DNA from: a candidate division WOR-3 bacterium
GTDB lineage: Bacteria > Hydrothermota > Tepidihabitantia > Tepidihabitantales > Tepidihabitantaceae
Direction: 5' to 3'
DNA: 51,564 bases
Assembly (NCBI GenBank): GCA_965648905.1
Contig: CBFGIT010000019.1
Coordinates: 1-51,564, forward strand
Every line of letters starts with the position of its first letter. Position 1 is the first letter of the stretch. A model generated the notes under the pieces. The model was not told the DNA's origin. It was given only the letters and a program-made list of their open reading frames with translations, and searched no databases. Made by a program: the position numbers and the translations under genes. Shown piece after piece: positions 8,791-19,600 of the stretch.

Positions 8791-11721
8791 ATGAAGCTGA
8801 GTAGCTTGTCCTCCAGAGTCCTATGCCCGGGCCTGGTGTTGCTCGCCCTGGCCTCGACCCTCCACGCACAAGTTGAAGTATGGAAATCAGAATACAGCGC
8901 AGGCGGCACGACCTGCTTCGGTAAGCGCATCGCCTTGTCGCCGGATAGCGCCGTGGTTGTCGGGGTGACCTATGCTGACGCGGTCGGCAAGCGCAGTCTG
9001 GCGATGCTGAAATACTCGGCAAGAACCGGCGAAACGCTGTGGACCACGCGGTGGCTGGGTGATTCGACGGCCGATTCATCCCGAGTGTGGGCGATGGCTG
9101 TTGATAGCGCGGGCAACATCTTCGCTGCCTGCTACACCGCGATGGGCATGAACTGGGATTGGCTTACACTCAAGTATCTGCCGAACGGTACGTTGGCCTG
9201 GGCTGCGCGCTATGACAACGGGGGGTTCGACGTTCCGCTCTGTATCCTTCCGGATAACCGGGGCGGAGTTATCACCGCAGGCAGCAGCACGACGATGTCG
9301 GGCTGGGTGGACGCGACCGCGATTCACTACAACGCTTCCGGCGACAGCACCTGGTTCTTCAGAATCGATGGTCCAGCGCACGGCAGGGACCATTTCTGGG
9401 CACTGGCTCCAGGGCCCGACGGCTCGGTCTATGCGGCTGGAGACATCACGCTCACGACCGAGAGTGCTTACGACTGGTTCGTAGTCAGACTCGACAGTCT
9501 TGGTGATACACTCTGGACTCGAACCTACGACGGTACGTCATCGGGCAACCCGCTGATAGAGAACGACGTCGTCGTGACCCTGAAGACCGATGCCTCGGGG
9601 AACTGCTACGCGATTGGCAAGGCTGGCGAGGCGGGTGAGTGGGTGAATGCGGTGACCATCAAGTACGCACCGGACGGCACGCAGGCGTGGCGGCACAGCT
9701 TTGACTGGGGCAATGCCGGCAGTGAAGTCGCGTCTCATATCGGGCTCGATTCGTTCGGCAATGTCTATGTCGGCGGCTGTGTGGATGAAGGCGACGGCTG
9801 GGACATGCTGGTGTACAGCCTGAGTCAGGATTCTGCGCCCGCACTACGCTGGAAGCGGCGGTTCAACTACGTGAATGCCGGTGACGACGACAGCCTGACC
9901 GGGATGGCCGTGGACTTGAGCGGCAACGTCTATCTGACCGGGCTGTCGAACACAACCAATCTCGACATTGAGTGGTGGACGCTCAAGCTCTCGCCTTGGG
10001 GTGACACCATCTGGAGCGTGACCAACGGCCGGCTTGACACTGACAACTCGCCGTACGGTCTGGTTCTTGACGGCCGGGGCGACGTATACGTTACCGGCTA
10101 CGAAACGCCGTCAACCAGCCGGCCCGAGCAGGCCGTGACCGTCCGCTACACCGAAAACGACGTCGGCGTGTTGAGGATCGCGATGCCGGCTGACAGCTTC
10201 CGGCTCGGCGCGACCGTGACCCCGCGTGCCTGGGTGCGCAACTACGGTGGCATGATGGAACGTTCCTTCACCGTGCGGCTCGACATCGGCAGTCTGTATA
10301 CCGATGCGGAGAATGTTGATTCGATTCCGGCGTTCGATTCGGTGCTGGTCCGGTTCGCCGCATTGCGCATCGAGGAGCGGGCGCTCGGCACTCATCCGAT
10401 GGTCTGCTACACGATGTTGACCCAGGACAAGGAGCGGGTCAATGACACGGCGCGCGGCCGGCTGACCGGCGTGGCGGTCTGGGAGCAACTGGCGTCGCTG
10501 CCGCCCGGCCCGAAGAACAAAGACATCAAGGACGGCGGTGCGCTCGGGTTTTCCCCGGATTCGCTTGTGTTTGCGTTCAAGGGCAACAACACGACCGAGT
10601 TCTACGCCTTCAACACGCTCCGTGGCACCTGGCGGGCGCGAGAGTCCATCCCGGCCATCGGCCGGTCGGGCAGCAAGAAACGCGTCAAGGCCGGAGGCCG
10701 GCTTGCCGGTGACACGATCGGCTACATGTACGCGCTCAAAGGGAACAACTCGCTTGAGTTCTGGCGCTACTCGGTGCGGGGTGATTCCTGGAAACAGATG
10801 GACGACATGCCGTTCGGTGCCTCAAACAAGAAGGCGAAAGGCGGAGCGGTTCTGGTCTATGTACCGGCCCAGAACCGGCTCTATGCGGCCAAAGGTGCGA
10901 GTACGCTTGAATTCTACACCTTCGATGTTGCTCGGGATACCTGGCTGGTTCGAACCAGCGTGCCGGTCGGCCCGGCCAACCGCAAACTCAAGGACGGCAC
11001 AGTTGCGGCTTATGACGGACAGAACACGATCTACCTGATGAAGGGCGCCACCTACGAGTTCTGGTCGTACAACGTCTACTCCGATTCCTGGACCAAACGG
11101 CCTGACCTGACCAACAGCCGACTCTCAACCAAGAAGAAGAAGATGAAGAAGGGTGCAGGCATGGCCTTTGACCCGCAGTTCCGTCGGGCGTGGACCATGA
11201 AGGGCGGCAAACTCATCGAGTTCTGGTTCTTCGATGCGGCCGGTGACTCCTGGCATGAGACCGACGACCTGTTTCCGATGCCGCCTTTGGGTCGGGCGCC
11301 CTATGCGGGCGGGGACCTGTGCTACGGTGCGGGTAAGGTCTATGCTTTCCGGGGTAACAAGACCCGCGACTTCTACCGCTACCATGCTAACTTCCCGCTC
11401 ACACCGCCCGATACCTGGGACGGCGCTCAGGCCCGACCGGTGAATCTGGCCCGGCTCAGCCTGTTCTGCGCACCCAACCCGGTGGTCCGACTGGGTTGGC
11501 TTCACTACTCGCTGCCCTCCCCCGGCCGTGTCCGGCTTGTGCTCTATGACGTTTCCGGCCGTGTCGTGCGGATCGTCCAAGAAGGCCGACAGACACGCGG
11601 CGAGCACGTTGCAGCGCTCCGGGCCGACGGTCTGGCTGCGGGCGTCTACGTTGCCAAGCTCTGGCTCGTGACCGAAGCCAAGACCGACGTGGTCACACGC
11701 AAAGTCCTCATTGCGCGGTGA
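8791..11721 (+). CDS. secreted protein: SBBP-like beta-propeller, 1 Ig/CARDB-like repeat, Kelch-like propeller, T9SS-type-A-like C-terminal sorting domain
   Basis: signal peptide; AVDxxGNxYxxG blades; KGNNT repeats; C-terminal PNP...LYDVSGR...LAAGVY...KVL. Confidence 0.85.
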   Translation: MKLSSLSSRVLCPGLVLLALASTLHAQVEVWKSEYSAGGTTCFGKRIALSPDSAVVVGVTYADAVGKRSLAMLKYSARTGETLWTTRWLGDSTADSSRVWAMAVDSAGNIFAACYTAMGMNWDWLTLKYLPNGTLAWAARYDNGGFDVPLCILPDNRGGVITAGSSTTMSGWVDATAIHYNASGDSTWFFRIDGPAHGRDHFWALAPGPDGSVYAAGDITLTTESAYDWFVVRLDSLGDTLWTRTYDGTSSGNPLIENDVVVTLKTDASGNCYAIGKAGEAGEWVNAVTIKYAPDGTQAWRHSFDWGNAGSEVASHIGLDSFGNVYVGGCVDEGDGWDMLVYSLSQDSAPALRWKRRFNYVNAGDDDSLTGMAVDLSGNVYLTGLSNTTNLDIEWWTLKLSPWGDTIWSVTNGRLDTDNSPYGLVLDGRGDVYVTGYETPSTSRPEQAVTVRYTENDVGVLRIAMPADSFRLGATVTPRAWVRNYGGMMERSFTVRLDIGSLYTDAENVDSIPAFDSVLVRFAALRIEERALGTHPMVCYTMLTQDKERVNDTARGRLTGVAVWEQLASLPPGPKNKDIKDGGALGFSPDSLVFAFKGNNTTEFYAFNTLRGTWRARESIPAIGRSGSKKRVKAGGRLAGDTIGYMYALKGNNSLEFWRYSVRGDSWKQMDDMPFGASNKKAKGGAVLVYVPAQNRLYAAKGASTLEFYTFDVARDTWLVRTSVPVGPANRKLKDGTVAAYDGQNTIYLMKGATYEFWSYNVYSDSWTKRPDLTNSRLSTKKKKMKKGAGMAFDPQFRRAWTMKGGKLIEFWFFDAAGDSWHETDDLFPMPPLGRAPYAGGDLCYGAGKVYAFRGNKTRDFYRYHANFPLTPPDTWDGAQARPVNLARLSLFCAPNPVVRLGWLHYSLPSPGRVRLVLYDVSGRVVRIVQEGRQTRGEHVAALRADGLAAGVYVAKLWLVTEAKTDVVTRKVLIAR

Positions 11722-11730
11722 GGAGAACCG

Positions 11731-11860
11731 ACCACCAGGGGCACTGACGTTCTGGAGGTAGGAACGCTCACCACCAAGGACACAAAGGTCCCGGACATAG
11801 GAGTGTCAACCACCAAGGACACCAAGAGCACCAAGGTGCCGGAGCTAGGAGTGTTAGCTA
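11731..11860 (+). repeat. tandem array of ACCACCA(A/G)G units, left flank
   Basis: units at 11731, 11770, 11809 and a degenerate one at 11857; spacings 39/39/48. Confidence 0.85.
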
Positions 11861-12032
11861 CCGAGAATCCGAAAAACCCATGGCGCGTGAGACGCGCAGG
11901 TCAAAGGTCAGAAGGCAAAGGTCGAAACGGCGTTCCTGGTGAGGCTGGCGGCCGGCTTGTTCCAAGAGACCATTCTCCCGGTCTTCGCGTGCTTGGTGGT
12001 CTTGGTGGTGAGTCTGTCCGGGCAGTCCGATC
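11781..12032 (+). repeat. long direct repeat copy 1, with internal inverted repeat
   Basis: core 11805-12020 matches 12618-12833 with 7 mismatches counted by eye; 11809-11831 is imperfectly complementary to 11989-12009. Confidence 0.92.
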
Positions 12033-12080
12033 CGGCGCACCTGATGGTCGAGGCCTGACCGAACCTATTCTGAGCCGAGA

Positions 12081-12476
12081 GTGAGAACCTTCGTGCCCGT
12101 GTCGGCCGATGCTGACCGGATCGCAGGTGCCATTGTCGATGCTGTGTTCAAAGTGCACAGGACACTGGGCCCGGGCCTGCTTGAGTCGGTCTACGAGACC
12201 TGTCTTGCTCACGAGTTGACAGTTAGAGGACTGCGGGTTGAGCGCCAGGTCGTTCTGCCGATCAACTACGAAGGTGTGACGCTCGACGCCGGCTTCCGGC
12301 TGGACCTACTGGTCGAAGAGCAAGTGGTGGTCGAGGCGAAGGCGGTAGAACAGATGCACCCGCTGTTCGAGGCGCAACTGCTGACCTACCTGAAGTTGAC
12401 CGGTCTGCGCGTCGGCCTGCTCGTTAACTTCAACGTCAGACTCATCCGAGATGGAATCAAACGCATGGTGCTGTGA
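12081..12476 (+). CDS. GxxExxY protein (PD-(D/E)XK nuclease superfamily)
   Basis: VHRTLGPGLLESVYE, FRLDLLVE, VVEAKAV, QLLTYLK, GLLVNF. Confidence 0.93.
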   Translation: MRTFVPVSADADRIAGAIVDAVFKVHRTLGPGLLESVYETCLAHELTVRGLRVERQVVLPINYEGVTLDAGFRLDLLVEEQVVVEAKAVEQMHPLFEAQLLTYLKLTGLRVGLLVNFNVRLIRDGIKRMVL

Positions 12477-12486
12477 CGGTGAGTCT

Positions 12487-12675
12487 GCCACCAAGAGTAC
12501 GGAAGATACAGGGCGTGAGGAGACAAGGATGCTAACCACCAAGAGCCTTTGGGTTACGGATACCGAGAGGTCGACCACCAGGGACATCAGGAGCACAAAG
12601 GTCCGGGACACCGGAATGTCAACCACCAAGGACACCAAGAGCACCAAGGTGCCAGAGCTAGGAGTGTTAGCTACC
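12487..12675 (+). repeat. tandem array of (A/G)CCACCA(A/G)G units, right flank
   Basis: units at 12487, 12535, 12574, 12622 and a degenerate one at 12670; spacings 48/39/48/48. Confidence 0.85.
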
Positions 12676-12842
12676 GAGAATCCGAAAAACCCATGGCGCG
12701 TGAGACGCGCAGGTCAAAGGTCAGAAGGCAAAGGGCAAGACGGCATTCCTGGTGAGGCTGGCGGCCGGCTTGTCCCAAGAGACCATTCTCCCGGTCTTCG
12801 TGTGCTTGGTGGTCTTGGTGGTGAGTCTGTCCGAGTCCGATC
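12594..12842 (+). repeat. long direct repeat copy 2, with internal inverted repeat
   Basis: 813 bp downstream of copy 1; 12622-12644 is imperfectly complementary to 12802-12822. Confidence 0.92.
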
Positions 12843-12846
12843 GTGC

Positions 12847-15800
12847 GTGCTTGGTGTTGTTTTCTTCCTGCCGGTGCTGGTCTTCGCCGCGCGGGTGGAT
12901 ACGATGTGGGTGCGGCATTATGAGGGTTCGGACGCAAACCGGCGCGAGTGGAACCAGGCTGCCAAGGTCCTGGTCGATACTGCGCGCAACCACGTGTTTG
13001 TCTGCGGCGTGGGCGAAGTCATCTACACCGGCAACAGCGACATGCTGGTGGCGATGTACAACCGCAACGGCGTGCTGCTCGATACGGTGGCAATCGGCGG
13101 GTACATGTCCGGCGGCATCGACATGGCCCATTCGATGGTCCTCAACGACTCGGGCAACCTGTACGTCGTCGGGTTCACCTACAACTATCAGCGCGGTGAG
13201 GACGTGTCGTGGGTCAAGGTGCCAATCCTGGGCGACACGTTCGGCGAGATAACGGTGCGCAAGACCTATTGGTGGACCGGCGACGACGTCGGTACCGACA
13301 TAGTTGTCGGCAAGTCGGGCGACATCTACATCTGCGGCACGCGCAACGATACCCGGCTGGGGCTGAGTGCGTTTCTTGTCATGCGTATCAGACCGGACAA
13401 TGCCGACACCATCTGGACCCGCAGTTTCTTTCTCGATACGATGGCCTGGCAGCGGGCCAGGCGCCCACGGCGGGACCTGCACCCGGAATTCCTTGAGTTC
13501 GACTACGACGAGTTCGAGAACTGTGCGACCGCAATGGCGGTCGCGTCGGACTCGAACATCGTTGTGACCGGATTCGGCACCCACTCAGAGCGGGCCCGGG
13601 ACTGGTGGACGATGAAGCTCAGGCCCACCGGTGATACGGTCTGGACCCGGACGTTCCGCAACCCCAGTACCGCGGACACGACCGATGACGACGTGGCGTT
13701 CGACGTTGCTGTTGCCAGTACCGGCGACATCTACTGCGTCGGCTTCACTTACTATGACAACCTGAGCGGCACACGGGGCGACTATGACTACACCGTGGCC
13801 CGTTACTCCGGCTCGGGGACGCTGATGAACTCGCTGACCCGGAACTTCACCTCGGTGAACGGCGACGACATCGCATACTCGATTACGCTCGACGACTCAA
13901 CACCCCAGAACGTCTACGTCACCGGCAAGCTCGAGAACAACAACTCAGACCAGGTCAACACACTTAAGCTCTCAGCCAGCCTGGCCACGCGCTGGGGCAC
14001 GAGCGGAGCAGTGTACGACGGGCCGGGCGACGACCAGGGATACGACGTGCACTACAACTCCGGCAAGGTCTACGTTGCCGGCCGCCGTGGGGGCAGCGGC
14101 AGCGGGTCGGACGACATCATGCTGCTCTGTTACGACGCAGCCAACGCTTCGCCCAAGGACACGGTCTGGGGCTATTTCTACAACCACCCGGATGGACTTG
14201 AAGATTACGCGGCAAGCGTGACCGCGACCGACTCGAACAACATCTATCTTGCCGGTCAGTCGCTGCGTGCCGGCATAACCTACTGGAACAGCCTGTTCCT
14301 TGCCCGGCTGTTCAACCCGCGGCCGGACGCGGCAGTACGACGGATTGTCGCCCCGGTCGATACGGTCGGATTGCAGGATACGATTCGGCCCTGCTGCGTC
14401 GTGGCCAACACCGGCAACACCAACGCAACCTTTCGTACGTACCTGACCATCGGCACAACGTACCGGGACAGCTTCTTGAACGTGAACCTGGCCCCGGGCG
14501 ACTCCGCGGTCGATACTTTTGCGCTCTGGGTCGCTCAGCCACTCGGGCCGGTGGTTGTCAAGTGCACGGTTGCGCTGGCCAACGATACGGTGCCGGAGAA
14601 CAGCCGGCTTGTCGACACGGTGCTCGTGGCCGTACGCGATGTGGCGTGCAGTCTTCTGGTCGCACCGGTCGGCGAACTCGATTCTGGTACTCTTGTTGTG
14701 CCTCAGGCCTGGGTGAGTAATCAGGGCAGCATTGGCCTGGCATTCGACTGCCGGATGGCAGTCGGCGACTTCTATGCCGACACTCAGCGCGTGAGTCTTG
14801 GCCCGGGCAGCAGCACGCTGGTTCAGTTCGACTCGCTCCTGCTCCGGCGTCGGGGAGCGTGGGCTGTGATCTGTTCGACCATGCTGGATCGTGACCGGGC
14901 CGACTCGAACAACTTCCGGCGTGACACGGTTCGGGTTCACGTCACCGACGTTGGTCTCGTGGCAATCGTCGCTCCGGCAGACACGGTCGATTCCGGCGCA
15001 TTGATTCAGCCGGCGGTGAGGCTGGGGAACTACGGCACGCGGGTTGCGAACTTGCCGGTGCGGTTCATGATGGGGTATGGCGCGGACACGGTCGCATACC
15101 TTGAGTCTCTAAATGTCGTGCTTGCACCGGCGGCAGAATCAGTGGTCGTGTTCAGCTCGACGCTGAGACCAGCCCGGGTCGGAAGATGGCGGGTTGCTTC
15201 CTGGCATCGTCTGACCGGAGACCAGCATCCGGAGAATGACTCGCTCGCAAGGCCACTTTTTGTCCGGCCGCCGGGCGGGATGAGCTGGCCCCCAGGCTGG
15301 CGCGAGGTGCGTTCGATGCCCTTGGGCGGAGGCAGAGATGTCAAAGGTGGCGGAGCTTTGACAGCCGGGCCGGGTGCAATCTATGCCACAAAAGGCAACA
15401 AGACAAGCGAGTTCTACTCCTACAACTACGCGCGTGATTCGTGGGCCACACTTGCACCGGTTCCGCCCGGCCGCGAGAACAAGCCCTGTGACAAGGGCTG
15501 TCGGATCGCGAGCGACGGCGGTAGCAATATCTACCTGGTGAAAGGCAATAACACGCTCGGGTTCTTCCGTTACTCTATTCCCGACTCAGGCTGGACTCAG
15601 CTTGAGGACGTGCCGGTCGGCACAACCGGCAAAAAGGTCAAAGGCGGAACCGATTTGGTCTATGTGCCGGGACCAGAGGTCAAAGGCCACAGTGTAGAAA
15701 AACGGCAGGATGACGAGAATAACCAAGCGCCAGGTGCTGATGGCCAATCCGCAGCAGACGGATATCTCTACCTGCTCAAGGGCTACAAGAACGAGTTCCA

Positions 15801-16593
15801 TCGGTTCAACACGACGACCGGCCATTGGGAGACGATGCAGCCGGCTCCAGGCGCAATTCAGAAATGGGACAAGGGTTCGTTCCTTGTTTACGACAACAGC
15901 CATACGATATACGCCCACAAGTCCAAGTACAACGAGCTCTGGCGCTACGATTCTGACTCGGCCCGATGGGGAGCGCAACTGACCGGCATGCCCTTCTACA
16001 ACTCTCAGGGCAAGAAGAAGAAAGCCAAGGACGGCTCGGCCGGCGCATGGTTCCAAGGCTCAATCTACGCACTGAAAGGTGGAAACACGCAGGAGTTCTG
16101 GCGTTACTTTGCCGGGCGTGACAGTTGGGCCGAACTTGAGACCCTGCCCCTGGTCGGCTCGTCACAGCGCAAGAAAAAGGTCAAGGACGGCGGTGACCTT
16201 GTTCTTGGGGCGTACGCCTTCTGGGCGCTTAAGGGCAACAAGACCCGCGAGTTCTGGCGCTACGGCATCGCACTCGACGCGACTGGGGACATGACGTCAG
16301 GCCGGGTACACGATCCCGATTGTCGGACAATCGGGTCATGTCCCCGTTTCCGGGTCGTGACCAGTCCTCTTGCCGAGAGGCCGGTACTGGTGTATACTCA
16401 TACCGAGGCAACTGTGTTGACGGCAAGGGTCTATGATGCGGCGGGAAGGCTTGTTGCCGTTCCGCTGACCGGCTACAGGATTTCCGGACCGGGCTCAGTC
16501 AGGCTAAGCACTGGAAAGCTGGCCAGTGGTGTTTACCTCCTGCAGGTGACCGCTGGAGATGCAGTGCAATGTAGTAAACTGGTCGTCCGCTAA
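12847..16593 (+). CDS. secreted protein: beta-propeller, 3 Ig/CARDB-like repeats, Kelch-like propeller, T9SS-like CTD (start uncertain: 12529, 12616 or 12847)
   Basis: hydrophobic LGVVFFLPVLVFA; paralogous to 16627-22272; repeats begin PDAAV/RDVAC/TDVGL; CTD VYDAAGR...LASGVY...KLVVR. Confidence 0.8.
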   Translation: MLGVVFFLPVLVFAARVDTMWVRHYEGSDANRREWNQAAKVLVDTARNHVFVCGVGEVIYTGNSDMLVAMYNRNGVLLDTVAIGGYMSGGIDMAHSMVLNDSGNLYVVGFTYNYQRGEDVSWVKVPILGDTFGEITVRKTYWWTGDDVGTDIVVGKSGDIYICGTRNDTRLGLSAFLVMRIRPDNADTIWTRSFFLDTMAWQRARRPRRDLHPEFLEFDYDEFENCATAMAVASDSNIVVTGFGTHSERARDWWTMKLRPTGDTVWTRTFRNPSTADTTDDDVAFDVAVASTGDIYCVGFTYYDNLSGTRGDYDYTVARYSGSGTLMNSLTRNFTSVNGDDIAYSITLDDSTPQNVYVTGKLENNNSDQVNTLKLSASLATRWGTSGAVYDGPGDDQGYDVHYNSGKVYVAGRRGGSGSGSDDIMLLCYDAANASPKDTVWGYFYNHPDGLEDYAASVTATDSNNIYLAGQSLRAGITYWNSLFLARLFNPRPDAAVRRIVAPVDTVGLQDTIRPCCVVANTGNTNATFRTYLTIGTTYRDSFLNVNLAPGDSAVDTFALWVAQPLGPVVVKCTVALANDTVPENSRLVDTVLVAVRDVACSLLVAPVGELDSGTLVVPQAWVSNQGSIGLAFDCRMAVGDFYADTQRVSLGPGSSTLVQFDSLLLRRRGAWAVICSTMLDRDRADSNNFRRDTVRVHVTDVGLVAIVAPADTVDSGALIQPAVRLGNYGTRVANLPVRFMMGYGADTVAYLESLNVVLAPAAESVVVFSSTLRPARVGRWRVASWHRLTGDQHPENDSLARPLFVRPPGGMSWPPGWREVRSMPLGGGRDVKGGGALTAGPGAIYATKGNKTSEFYSYNYARDSWATLAPVPPGRENKPCDKGCRIASDGGSNIYLVKGNNTLGFFRYSIPDSGWTQLEDVPVGTTGKKVKGGTDLVYVPGPEVKGHSVEKRQDDENNQAPGADGQSAADGYLYLLKGYKNEFHRFNTTTGHWETMQPAPGAIQKWDKGSFLVYDNSHTIYAHKSKYNELWRYDSDSARWGAQLTGMPFYNSQGKKKKAKDGSAGAWFQGSIYALKGGNTQEFWRYFAGRDSWAELETLPLVGSSQRKKKVKDGGDLVLGAYAFWALKGNKTREFWRYGIALDATGDMTSGRVHDPDCRTIGSCPRFRVVTSPLAERPVLVYTHTEATVLTARVYDAAGRLVAVPLTGYRISGPGSVRLSTGKLASGVYLLQVTAGDAVQCSKLVVR

Positions 16594-16626
16594 CTGGCGG
16601 CGGCCCTGATTGAATCGGAGGTCATT

Positions 16627-19600
16627 GTGAGAGCTAGTATTGTCCTGACTGCAGTATTGCTGCTTGTTCCGGCGCTGGCCGTGGCACAGCCGTCGGTCCC
16701 GCTTGATACGTTCTGGGTTCGGCACTACGAAGGCGACGATACCACCCCAGGCTCAAAGTGCATGAACATGGCTGCGGATATTGTCCACGACCCGGCGCGA
16801 CACATCGTCTACACTGGCGGCTCAGGCGAAGATAACTACCCGGGTAAGAACGACATGTTGGTTGCCGCCTACCTTGATGACGGCACATACCTGTCGGCGT
16901 TCTGCATGGGCGGGCTGAGTGCTGAGGACGCGGACATGGTGCATACGGTGGCGCTGGACGAGAACGGCAGCGTCTTTGCCGGCGGTTCGACCTACAATGT
17001 GCAGAATCGCTACTGGGACGCGTCGTTCTTCAAGGCAAACTGGCGCGTCGGCAGAACTCCCCCTGACAGCTTCATCAACTTTTTCAAGAGCACTTTCCCA
17101 GCAGATGACTATGCTTTTGACATGGTTCTCGGCACGCGCAACGACGTCTTCCTCTGCGGTACGAACGACACGCTGGTTGGCATCTACCGCGGGTTCGCGT
17201 TTTCGGTCACTAGGGTGTCACGAACGAGCTTTGCTCGCGTGTGGACCATGAACTTCGTTCTCGACACCTTGGCCTTTGGCTCGCAGCGTCGGCACGGGCT
17301 CGATTTGCACCCGGACTTCTGGGAGCTGGGCGAGTGGGGGCAGTTTGAGAACTGCGCGACAGCCATCGCCTTGTGCCCGGACGGCAACATCGCGGTGACC
17401 GGGTTCGGGTACTCTGATGCCTATGCCTATGAGTGGTGGACGATGAAGCTGGACAGCGCCGGGAACGTGCTCTGGCAGCGTTCGTTCCACGACACGCTCT
17501 CCCGAGGCGGGGACTCGGACGACGACATCGCGCTGGACATTGCGGTTGCTGCGAACGGCGATATCTACGTCTGCGGGTTCACCTATCGGGACCTGCCGGG
17601 CAATAACGACCAGGGCGACAACTTCACGGTCGTGCGCTATAGCTCTTCGGGTGAGCTGCTCAACGCTCGATTCATCAACATTGCCGCAGTGAACGGCGAC
17701 GACTACGCCTACAGCATCTGTCTGGACGACTCAAATCCCCAGAACGTCTATGTGGCCGGCACAGTTGACTACGGTTCTTCGCTCAACTCCCAGGTCACGG
17801 TTCAGAAGTTCAACTCAACCCTTGACTCGTTGTATTGGGGCACGTCCGGTGCGAGCTGGGGCGGCTCGGGCGATGATGCGGCATACAGGGTCGTGTACCG
17901 CAACGGGCGGGTCTATGTTGCCGGGCGCCGGGGCTCGGGCACGATGGGCTCGACGAGCGACGATATCCTTGTGCTCTGTTACACCGCAGCCAACAGTACG
18001 ACCAAGGATACACTCTGGGGCCGGTTCTATGCCCACAGTGACGGAGGAGAGGACTACGCGAGCGCGATTTTCGTTACCGACTCGAACAATATCTACGTCG
18101 GCGGTCAGTGCGAGCGGACCGGCATGACAAGCTGGAGCAGCATGTGGACCGCGCGCTACGGTCATCCTTATCCGGACGTGCGGGCCGTACAGATTCTTGC
18201 GCCGGTGGGCACGATTCCGGTCGGCAGCCCGGCAATCCGGCCGATTGCCCGGGTGCAGAACGTCGGTACAACGACCGCAACGTTCCAGACTCGAATCAGC
18301 ATTACCGGGCCTTCGCCGGCGGTGTACGACACTTTCCTGAACGTCAGGCTGGCCCCGGGCGCGTACGCCACTGATACTTTTGCCCGGAGTTTCAATCCGA
18401 CCACAGTCGGGATGCACATTGTCCGGTGCAGCACCGCCTATGACGGTGACATGGTCCAGACTAATAACCTCGTCGTGGACACATTCTACGTTGTGTCGGG
18501 CGCGGCTGACGTCGGCGTGTTCATGATTACCGCACCGACCGGCCCACTCGAGTACGGCACGAGCGTGGCGCCGGCCTGTTCAGTCCGCAACTACTCGGCA
18601 ACTGCGATACCGTCGGTGCCAGTACGGATGACTCTGCCCGGCTATGTTGTTGATACAACCGTGGCGCTGGCGGCAAACCAGCGCATTCGTATCGTCTGGC
18701 CGAACTGGACCGCAGGCCCACCCGGCTGGGACAGCATCATTTCGTACACCTATCTGGTCGGCGACCCGGTGCGGAGCAACGACACGGCCCGAAACCGGGT
18801 TTGGGTGCGCGGGCTCGACGTTGCGGTCCGGGCCGTCACCCTGCCGCCGGATTCAGTGGATGCGGGGGCGTCGGTTCCGGTTCAGGCGCGGGTGAGGAAC
18901 ATGCGGAACGTGGCCGTGCCGGCGTTCCAGGTGATGATGCGGATTGCCGGCGGCTACTTCGCGACCGTGAACGTTACCGGACTTGCGCCGAGCGAGAGTC
19001 TGCTCGTCGATTTTCCGAACTGGGGTCCGGTCACGCCCGGTTGGGCGGCAATCAAGTGTTCGCTCTACTGCGCGGTCGACACGTTCTTCCCGAATGATAC
19101 GTTGAAAGACAGTTCGTATGTGCGCGGGCCGGACGTGGGCGTGAGTGCGATTCTTGCGCCACTTGACACCGTGGATATGGGTGCGGTCGTCACGCCGCGG
19201 GCGATTGTGCGCAACTACCGCAGCGTGGCGGTCTACGGTGTGCCGGTGAAGCTGAACATCGGTGCGGCCTATGCCGACTCGCTGACCTGTGACCTGGCTG
19301 CAAACGGAACCGATACGGTTGCATTCCGCGACTGGACCGCGGCTCCGCTCGGGCTCTTGCGCGAGTCGTGCTACACCCGGATGGTCGGTGACATGACCCG
19401 CACCAACGACACGGCCCGGGCATGGGTCTTTGTCCGGGCACCGGACTGCGGGGTGAGTCAGATTCTTGCGCCGACCGGAGCAGTCGAGTACGGCGCAGTG
19501 GTTACGCCGCAGGCCGTGGTGCGGAACTATCGGAGCGTGGGAGTGAACGTGCCGGTGAAGTTCGCCATCCAGGGCGGGTACCAGGATTCGGTGACCGTCG

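Noticed and set aside
11719..11760. Selenocysteine read-through of the TGA at 11719
   Set aside because: The protein ends at a normal CTD terminus, no SECIS-like hairpin is evident, and the downstream frame is repeat-derived
12451..12528. ORF-track start at 12451 for the 1380-aa protein
   Set aside because: It lies inside the GxxExxY gene with no SD; downstream starts are more plausible
11731..12675. CRISPR array interpretation of the ACCACCAAG units
   Set aside because: Units are degenerate, linkers are short and similar to each other, and no cas genes are present
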